From: an uncultured Gammaproteobacteria bacterium
GTDB lineage: Bacteria; Pseudomonadota; Gammaproteobacteria; JBBQDK01
Length of the DNA: 64,000 nucleotides
NCBI GenBank assembly: GCA_963778665.1
Contig: CAVZVG010000003.1
Coordinates: 128,813 to 192,812, forward strand
Reading direction: 5' to 3'
This document shows positions 57,396 through 64,000 of this stretch, in pieces. Position 1 is the stretch's first letter; the number at the start of each line of letters is the position of its first letter. The notes beneath the pieces are model-generated. The model searched no databases. It was not told the origin of the DNA and saw nothing but the letters and a program-made list of their open reading frames with translations. A program made the position numbers and the translations under genes.

Positions 57396-58854
57396 ATGTT
57401 TTTCCGATGCACCGTTTCCACAAGACCTTGGCTGGTACCGACGCTGGCACTGACGCTGGCCGGCTGCGCGGCGGTCGGACCGGACTATGTCCGGCCGCAC
57501 GCCGCCACCCCAGCGGCATGGCATGCCGATCTGCAAGGCGGCTTGAACGCCCACGCCACCGATCCGCAGCTGCTGGCGCACTGGTGGCAAACGCTCAACG
57601 ATCCGGTGCTGACGCAACTCATCACCGAGGCCGGCGCCGGCAATCGCGATCTCGCGGTGGCGCGGGCGAATATCCGCGCGGCCCGGGCCAGTCGCGGCGT
57701 CGCGGCGGCGGCCTTCTATCCGACGCTCGATGCCAAGGCGTCCGCCACCCGCAATCACAACAACTCACAGATCGGCAGCTCCGGCGTGCGCAACCTCTAT
57801 TCGGCGGATTTCGATGCGCAATGGGAGCTCGATCTGTTCGGCGGCACGCGTCGCGCGGTGCAGGCGGCCGATGCGGATGTGCAGGCCAGCGAAGAACAGT
57901 TGCATGACGTACTGGTCAGCCTGCTGGCCGAAGTCGCGCTGAACTATGTGGATGTGCGTACCCTGCAGCAACGCATCGCTGTCGCGCAGCAGAGTCTTGC
58001 CGCGCAATCGCAGAGCAACGACATCAGCGGCTGGCGCTATCAGGCGGGACTCGGCACGGCGCTCGATACCGAGCAGGCCAAGTACGCGTTGGAACAGAGC
58101 CGCGCACAGTTGCCGTCGCTGCGCACCTCGCTGGCACAGGCGATGAACCGGCTCGCGGTCCTGACCGGTCGCCCGCCCGGCGCCGTGGCGGCACTGCTCG
58201 CCACACCCGCGCCGATACCGGTGACGCCGCTGGCGCTGGCCGTCGGTGTGCCGGCCGATGTGTTGCGCCAACGGCCGGATGTACGTCGCGCCGAGCGTCA
58301 GCTCGCGGCGCAGACCGCGCGGGTCGGCGTGGCCAGCGCGGCGCAGTATCCGAATTTTTCGCTGCTCGGCTCGATCGGCTGGGAAGCGCTGTCGGCCGGC
58401 GATCTGTTCACGACGGCCGCGCGCGGCACGACGATCGGCGCCAATCTTGCCCAGCCGATCTTCAACGCCGGGCGGATCCGCCAGACGATCGCCGTGCAGA
58501 ATGCCTTGCAGGAACAGGCGCTGGCGACCTACGAGTCGACGCTGCTCACGGCATTGCAGGATGTCGAGGACGCGCTGGTCGCCTACGTGCAGGAACAGCA
58601 TCGGCATACGCGCGTTGCAGGCCGGTGCGGCGGCCGCGCAGAACGCGGCGACGCTGGCACTGGATCAATACACGGCGGGCCTGGTCGATTTTCAGGTGGT
58701 GCTGGAGACGCAGCGCGCGCTGTTGTCACTGCAGGACCAGGCGGCGGTCAGTGCGGGTGAGGTCACTGCGGACCTGATTCGTTTATATAAGGCGCTCGGT
58801 GGCGGTTGGACGCCGTTGCCCGTGTCCGATCGGAACGCGGCGAGCAAAGGGTAG
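57396..58854 (+). CDS. efflux transporter outer-membrane factor lipoprotein (NodT/OprM family), with an apparent 1-nt frameshift near 58605
   Basis: Lipobox LAGC. Two OMF repeats. The C-terminal third continues in the frame of track ORF 58246..58854 (...ALQAGAAAAQNAATLALDQYTAGLVDFQVVLETQRAL). Confidence 0.7.
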
Positions 58855-58908
58855 TGGTGAATGGCAGTGCCTGAGGAAACCCTGAGTCATATTAACACAA
58901 TTTTTAAC

Positions 58909-59055
58909 GTACTTGGCGGTTCTGACGGTTTTTTCAGAATGTAGCCTGGGTTGAACGCAGTGAAACCTGGGTTTCGCTAAGCGCTCAACCCAGGCTACAT
59001 ATGAGCAGAAACGCCTTAAGTTAGTGCCATTGGTCTGAGACCCGCCCCTACAAGT
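58909..59055. repeat. composite of family C fragment, family D hairpin and family F half-palindrome
   Basis: GTACTTGGCGGTTCTGACGGTTTTTTCAG; GTAGCCTGGGTTGAACGCAGTGAAACCTGGGTTTCGCTAAGCGCTCAACCCAGGCTAC; GGTCTGAGACCCGCCCCTAC. Confidence 0.55.
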
Positions 59056-59112
59056 TTTTCATGAAGGATAGAGTAACGATGCAAGACAACAACACAGATC
59101 AGGCTGACCTCG

Positions 59113-60378
59113 GTGGCGAGCACTCTGGGCCTCGACAAGCCTGCGTTGTCCCGGCACGGCAAGGGCCGCTGGGTTTGGATCGGCTTGGCGCTGGTTGTCG
59201 CTACACTGTTGATCGTCTGGGCCACAAGCAACGGTACGGCACCGATACAGTACCGCACCGCAGCCGTGCATCGCGGCGCACTCACCGTCACGGTGACTGC
59301 GACCGGTAATCTGCAACCGACCAATCAGGTCGATGTCGGCAGTGAATTGTCGGGCATCATCAAGAGCGTCGCCGCCGATTTCAATGATCGCGTCAAGGTC
59401 GGTCAGGAACTGGCCCGCCTGGACACCACCAAGCTGGAGGCACAGGCCGCGCAGTCGCGCGCCGCGCTGGCCGCGGCGCAGGCCAAGGTCGTGCAGTCGC
59501 AGGCCACGGTCAAGCAGGCCGAGAGCGATCTGGCGCGCTTGCGCCACGTGCGTGTGTTGAGCGGCAACAAGGTGCCGTCCGCGCAGGACATCGATGCGGC
59601 CGAAGCGACACTGGCACGCGCGCAGGCCGACACGGCCAGCGCGCGTGCCGCGGTGGCGCAGGCGCAGGCGACGCTGTCGGTCAATGAAACCGATCTGTCC
59701 AAGGCGGTGATCCGTTCACCGATCAACGGCATGGTGCTGACGCGCACGGTCGAGCCGGGTCAGACCGTGGCCGCGTCCTTGCAGGCGCCGGTGCTGTTCA
59801 CCCTGGCCGAGGATCTGACCAAGATGGAACTGCACGTCGATGTCGACGAGGCCGATGTGGGTCGGGTGGAGAAAGGTCAGGCGGCCAGCTTCACGGTCGA
59901 TGCGTATCCGGATCGCGAGTTCCCGGCGCGCATCACCGAGGTGCGTTACGGCGCGAAGACCGTCAGCGGCGTGGTGACGTATGAAACCATACTCAACGTC
60001 GACAACTCGGATCTGTCGCTGCGACCGGGCATGACCGCCACCGCGACGATCACCGTGCAGAAGATCGACAATGCATTGCTGGTGCCGAATGCGGCATTGC
60101 GCTTCACGCCGCCGTCCGCGGCGGCCACGGGCGATGCCCGCGGCGGGCTCATGAGTTTCCTGTTGCCGCGACGTCCCGGCAGAACGCAACGCCAATCGGC
60201 GAACGGTGAAGCCGGCAAGCGCAAGGAACAGCAGCAGGTCTGGACGCTGCGTAACGGCCAACCGGTCGCGATTCCGGTGACGCTCGGCGTCACGGACGGT
60301 GCGCAGACCGAAGTCCTGAGCGGTGCAGTGCAGGACGGCATGGCACTGTTGACCGATGCGGTGAGCGCGAAACAATGA
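59113..60378 (+). CDS. MacA-like periplasmic adaptor (HlyD family) of a tripartite ABC efflux system
   Basis: N-terminal TM (RWVWIGLALVVATLLIVWA), coiled-coil, beta-barrel and MP domains. GTG start at 59113; an alternative ATG at 59061 in another frame leaves the N-terminus uncertain. Confidence 0.75.
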   Translation: MASTLGLDKPALSRHGKGRWVWIGLALVVATLLIVWATSNGTAPIQYRTAAVHRGALTVTVTATGNLQPTNQVDVGSELSGIIKSVAADFNDRVKVGQELARLDTTKLEAQAAQSRAALAAAQAKVVQSQATVKQAESDLARLRHVRVLSGNKVPSAQDIDAAEATLARAQADTASARAAVAQAQATLSVNETDLSKAVIRSPINGMVLTRTVEPGQTVAASLQAPVLFTLAEDLTKMELHVDVDEADVGRVEKGQAASFTVDAYPDREFPARITEVRYGAKTVSGVVTYETILNVDNSDLSLRPGMTATATITVQKIDNALLVPNAALRFTPPSAAATGDARGGLMSFLLPRRPGRTQRQSANGEAGKRKEQQQVWTLRNGQPVAIPVTLGVTDGAQTEVLSGAVQDGMALLTDAVSAKQ

Positions 60379-61073
60379 ACGCGCAGCCGGCGGAACAGCC
60401 CGTCATTGCGCTGCGCGATGTCAGCAAGGTGTATGGCACGGGCCAGGCGGCCATGACAGCGTTACGCGACGTCGATATCGACATCCGGCGCGGCGAGTTC
60501 GTCGCGGTGATGGGACCGAGCGGCTCCGGCAAATCCACCTGCATGAATATCCTCGGTTGTCTCGACACCGCGACCAGCGGCAGTTATTTCTTCGAGGGCG
60601 TGGAGGTCGGTGCACTGAGCCGCGATCAGCGCGCGCTGCTGCGGCGCAATTATCTCGGCTTCGTGTTTCAGGGTTTCAACCTGCTGAATCGCACCACGGC
60701 ACTGGAGAATGTCGAACTGCCGCTGATCTATCGCGGCCTGCCCGCCGCAGAGCGGCACACGCGCGCCCGGCAGGCGCTGGACGCGGTCGGGCTGACCGGC
60801 TGGGAGACGCATACGCCGGGCGAGTTGTCCGGCGGCCAGCAGCAGCGCGTGGCGATCGCGCGCGCCATTGTCAGCGATCCGCAGGTACTGTTCGCCGACG
60901 AGCCCACCGGCAATCTCGATTCCGCGCGCAGCCGCGAAGTCATGGAGTTGCTCAAAGAACTGAACGCCGCGCGCGGCATCACCGTGGTGATGGTGACGCA
61001 CGAACCGGACATGGCGGCCTATGCGCACCGCGCCATTCATTTCCTCGACGGCCACATCGACGGGAGCGCCTAG
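60375..61073 (+). CDS. ABC transporter ATP-binding protein (MacB/LolD-type)
   Basis: Walker A GPSGSGKST; signature LSGGQQQRVAIARA; Walker B LFADEPTGNLD. ATGA overlap with the adaptor gene. Confidence 0.85.
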   Translation: MNAQPAEQPVIALRDVSKVYGTGQAAMTALRDVDIDIRRGEFVAVMGPSGSGKSTCMNILGCLDTATSGSYFFEGVEVGALSRDQRALLRRNYLGFVFQGFNLLNRTTALENVELPLIYRGLPAAERHTRARQALDAVGLTGWETHTPGELSGGQQQRVAIARAIVSDPQVLFADEPTGNLDSARSREVMELLKELNAARGITVVMVTHEPDMAAYAHRAIHFLDGHIDGSA

Positions 61074-62285
61074 ATGCTCTGGAACGCGATACTGCTTGCA
61101 CTGCGTGCCATCCGCCGCAATGTCATGCGTTCGTCGCTGACGGTGCTCGGCATCGTCATCGGCGTTGCGGCGGTCATCACCATGGTGACGCTGGGCAACG
61201 GCGCCACCGCGAAAGTGACGGCCGATATTTCCAGTCTGGGCAGCAATCTTCTGCAGGTACGCCCCGGCCAGGGCATGCACGGCCCGGGCGGTACCCGCGC
61301 CGACGCCGTCCCCTTCAAGCTCGAGGACGCCCAGGCCATCGCGCGCGACATCAACAGTGTGGCGGCGGTGGCGCCGCTGGTCAGTCAGGCGACGCAGGCG
61401 ATCTATGGCAATACCAACTGGTCGACCGTGGTGTACGGCAGCGACAACGCCTATCTGCAGGTGCGCGCCTGGTCACTGCTGGACGGCCGTGAATTCAGCG
61501 ACGCCGAAGTGCGTGCCGGTCAGGCGGTGTGCCTGCTCGGCACCACGGTGCGTCGGGAACTGTTCGGCGGACAGAATCCGCTGGGCAGTACGATTCGGCT
61601 GAAGCAGTTGTCCTGCAAGGTGATCGGCCTGCTGGCCTCCAAGGGCTTGTCGACATTCGGCAGCGATCAGGATGATTTCGTGCTGATGCCGCTGCGCGCG
61701 GTGCAGCGCCGCATCGCCGGCAACAACGATGTCAGTTCGATACAGGTCTCGGCCCGCGACAGCGCGAGCACGGAAAAAACCCAGGCCGATATCGAGCGCC
61801 TGATGCGCGAGCGGCGCCACATCGCGCCGGGCGGCGACGACGATTTCAATGTCATGAACATGCAGGAACTGGTCAGCACCCTGACCGGCACCACCAAGAT
61901 TCTGACCGCGCTGCTGGGCGCGGTGGCGGCGGTGAGTCTGCTGGTCGGCGGCATCGGCATCATGAACATCATGCTGGTGTCGGTCACCGAGCGCACCCGC
62001 GAGATCGGCATCCGCCTGGCCATCGGGGCACTGGAGCGCGAGGTGCTGACGCAGTTCCTGGTCGAGGCGGTGGTGCTGTCCTCGCTGGGCGGACTGCTGG
62101 GTATCGCCCTGGGCCTGACCGCCGCGGGGGTGGGGGCGCTGGTACTGAGCGTACCCTTCGTACTCAACCCCGGCATTGTCGCCCTGGCGTTCCTGTTTTC
62201 GGCGGCGGTGGGTGTGGTATTCGGCTATTTCCCGGCGCGTCAGGCCGCGCGTCTGGATCCCATCGAGGCCTTGCGCCACGAATAG
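61074..62285 (+). CDS. ABC transporter permease (FtsX-like/MacB-type) with periplasmic domain
   Basis: 403 aa. N-terminal TM, a ~220-aa periplasmic domain, then three C-terminal FtsX TM helices. Begins 1 nt after the ATPase stop. Confidence 0.85.
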   Translation: MLWNAILLALRAIRRNVMRSSLTVLGIVIGVAAVITMVTLGNGATAKVTADISSLGSNLLQVRPGQGMHGPGGTRADAVPFKLEDAQAIARDINSVAAVAPLVSQATQAIYGNTNWSTVVYGSDNAYLQVRAWSLLDGREFSDAEVRAGQAVCLLGTTVRRELFGGQNPLGSTIRLKQLSCKVIGLLASKGLSTFGSDQDDFVLMPLRAVQRRIAGNNDVSSIQVSARDSASTEKTQADIERLMRERRHIAPGGDDDFNVMNMQELVSTLTGTTKILTALLGAVAAVSLLVGGIGIMNIMLVSVTERTREIGIRLAIGALEREVLTQFLVEAVVLSSLGGLLGIALGLTAAGVGALVLSVPFVLNPGIVALAFLFSAAVGVVFGYFPARQAARLDPIEALRHE

Positions 62286-62319
62286 AGAAGCGCTTGACTT
62301 GCCGAGAGATCAGAGAGAC

Positions 62320-62348
62320 GTAGGGGCGGGTCTCAGACCCGCCCCTAC
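62320..62348. repeat. perfect 29-bp palindrome GTAGGGGCGGGTCTCAGACCCGCCCCTAC (family F)
   Basis: Related half/variant copies at 10452-10480 and 59033-59052. Confidence 0.6.
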
Positions 62349-62406
62349 AACGCATTCCCGACAGGTTATAATCAATTCCACCACACACTCTATATAGTCC
62401 ATCCCC

Positions 62407-62790
62407 ATGCCGCCGAAAAAAACCACCTCCGATGCCGACCGCCTCAACAAGATCGTCGCCGATGCCCAGCGCAACCGCGAGGCGCGCGAGCAGGATTACC
62501 GCGCCCAGGCCCTCAAGCTCTACCCCTGGATCTGCGGGCGTTGCCGGCGCGAGTTCACCCGCGAGAATCTTCAGGAGCTTACGGTGCATCACCGCGACCA
62601 CAATCACGACAACAACCCCGCCGACGGCAGCAACTGGGAACTACTCTGTCTTTATTGTCACGACAACGAACACGCCCGTTACCTCGATCCGGTGGCACCG
62701 GGCGCCGCGTCATCGGCCGGCAAGTCCGGGCCGGTGTCCAAGCACAACCCGTTCGCCGACCTCAAGTCCATGTTGAAGACCAAGGACTGA
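62407..62790 (+). CDS. yajD: HNH endonuclease family protein YajD
   Basis: [55 protein letters not shown]...NPFADLK is collinear with E. coli YajD. Confidence 0.8.
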   Translation: MPPKKTTSDADRLNKIVADAQRNREAREQDYRAQALKLYPWICGRCRREFTRENLQELTVHHRDHNHDNNPADGSNWELLCLYCHDNEHARYLDPVAPGAASSAGKSGPVSKHNPFADLKSMLKTKD

Positions 62791-63014
62791 AAATCGGCCG
62801 GATCGAGGTCCATGACCTGTTTCGGGGCGGACTATTGCCCGGATCGGGGGGTGATCGAGGGGAAAAAGAACTGGATATCGCGCGGAGTTGGTGTATATTG
62901 GCGGCGTTGGAGTGCACTTCTTGTGGTCGGTTCGGTATTCAATCCCGTAATTTTTCTTCCAAGAATGAACTGCAAACCAACGCATTTCTACTTTTATTAT
63001 TACGAGGTATTACC

Positions 63015-63218
63015 GTGACGACAGGAACAGTAAAGTGGTTTAACGATGCCAAAGGCTTCGGCTTCATTACCCCGCAGGACGGCAGCAAGGATGTATTCGT
63101 TCATCACTCCGCCATCCAGGGCAGCGGCTTCAAGAGCCTGGCCGAAGGCCAGCAGGTAACGTTTGATGTCGAACAGGGCCCGAAAGGTCCGTCAGCCGTA
63201 AACGTAAAACCGGCCTGA
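63015..63218 (+). CDS. cspA: cold-shock protein (CspA family)
   Basis: [15 protein letters not shown] (RNP1) and VFVHH (RNP2). GTG start with GAGGT Shine-Dalgarno. The 225-aa track ORF 62541..63218 is an upstream extension. Confidence 0.85.
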   Translation: MTTGTVKWFNDAKGFGFITPQDGSKDVFVHHSAIQGSGFKSLAEGQQVTFDVEQGPKGPSAVNVKPA

Positions 63219-63252
63219 ACCCACCGCTCTGCGCAAGCAGAATTGGGTACTG

Positions 63253-63285
63253 AAGACCCCGTCGCAAGGCGGGGTCTTTTTTTGT
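63253..63285 (+). terminator. rho-independent terminator after cspA
   Basis: GACCCCG..CGGGGTC hairpin followed by a T7 run. Confidence 0.6.
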
Positions 63286-63429
63286 GCGTGTGTCAGCCAC
63301 AGAACGCCAGGCGATTTCGCTCTCCGTCCCTGTACGGCATCCACCGGCGCCGAGCGCCGAACGCGGATTCTCTGATAACATCACGCCGGTAATGTCTCTG
63401 TATTGATTGCGAAGAACCGCCCCATTGCC

Positions 63430-63696
63430 ATGACCGAATGGTTCGTTTACATACTGCGTTGCGCCGATGACAGTCTCTATACCGGCGTGGCCACTGATCT
63501 CGCGGCCCGCGTCTCCAGGCACAATGCCGGAACGGGTGCCAAGTACACACGGGGTCGGCGACCGGTGGTGCTGGTCTATCACGAGGTCGCGGCCGATCGT
63601 GCCGCGGCACAGCGTCGCGAGGCCGAGATCAAGCAGCTGCGCGTCGAACTGAAGCGGCAACTCGTCGACCGGCAAGCCGGCGACGACGCAAGCTGA
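63430..63696 (+). CDS. GIY-YIG nuclease family protein (UPF0213/YhbQ-like)
   Basis: WFVYILRCADDSLYTGVATDLAARVSRHNAGTGAKYTRGRRPV matches the GIY-YIG pattern. Start at MTEWF. Confidence 0.75.
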   Translation: MTEWFVYILRCADDSLYTGVATDLAARVSRHNAGTGAKYTRGRRPVVLVYHEVAADRAAAQRREAEIKQLRVELKRQLVDRQAGDDAS

Positions 63697-63789
63697 TGGC
63701 GGCGCGGCGCGGTGCCGCGGTAATCTTTGCCGGAGACGTACTGCTATCATGATGTTTGATCGAACAACCGGAGCGGCAGGAGCGACAGC

Positions 63790-64000
63790 GTGAATATCGA
63801 GCTTGGCGAATACGAGGCCCGTGTGATCGGTTGCCTCATGGAAAAGGAAATCACCACGCCGGAGCAATACCCGTTGTCGCTCAATGCACTGCTCAACGCC
63901 TGCAATCAGAAAAGCAATCGTGAACCGGTGCTGGACCTCGAGGAAGCCGATGTCCAGCAGACAGTCGATGGCCTGGTCAAAAAGAGTCTGGTCAGTGCCA
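63790..64000 (+). CDS. yceH: YceH (DUF480) family protein, 5' partial at window end
   Basis: GTG start. Product [50 protein letters not shown] is collinear with the E. coli YceH N-terminus. CAGGAG Shine-Dalgarno. Confidence 0.7.
   Translation, partial: MNIELGEYEARVIGCLMEKEITTPEQYPLSLNALLNACNQKSNREPVLDLEEADVQQTVDGLVKKSLVSA

Noticed and set aside
62541-63218. 225-aa ORF spanning the cspA region
   Set aside because: Only the last 67 codons match a cold-shock protein and have a Shine-Dalgarno plus GTG start; the upstream part is the cspA 5' leader and promoter.

Overview
High-GC (~65%) chromosomal segment, most likely from a gammaproteobacterium. The evidence is E. coli-like orthologues of SprT, YedK/SRAP, YajD, YceH, CspA, LdtD-MepK and a cpxP/cpxRA-type divergon. 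Core content: a DNA-damage cluster (sprT, SRAP-like, DUF559, lexA-dinB), a DAACS symporter, a DUF2868/GTPase membrane pair, hipBA, a MazG-like protein, an EF-G paralogue, a LOG-family protein, photolyase, a 1,4xx-aa PAS-GGDEF-EAL protein, an RND efflux pair, ldtD-mepK, a DnaQ-like exonuclease, cfa plus a GGR-family flavoprotein, a Cpx-like two-component system, cytochrome b561, an OMF plus split MacAB-type ABC efflux, yajD, cspA, a GIY-YIG protein and the start of yceH. An accessory island at ~31.5-44.6 kb carries: a GC-mosaic Rhs polymorphic toxin with an unclassified Cys-rich C-terminal tip, whose stop is overlapped by a YidD/DUF37-like gene; a REP-flanked RAYT transposase with a 16-bp tandem array; a 1,231-aa S8 peptidase with Ca-binding repeats and a near-identical 816-bp tandem duplication; and an alpha/beta-hydrolase-metacaspase fusion. 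Intergenic DNA is saturated with at least 8 families of short palindromic/MITE-like repeats, some nested, which create spurious ORFs. Several genes carry 1-nt frameshifts (SulP, Rhs, RAYT, cfa, cpxP-like, OMF), so either the assembly has indel errors or pseudogenisation is ongoing. No rRNA, tRNA or CRISPR array was recognised by eye.
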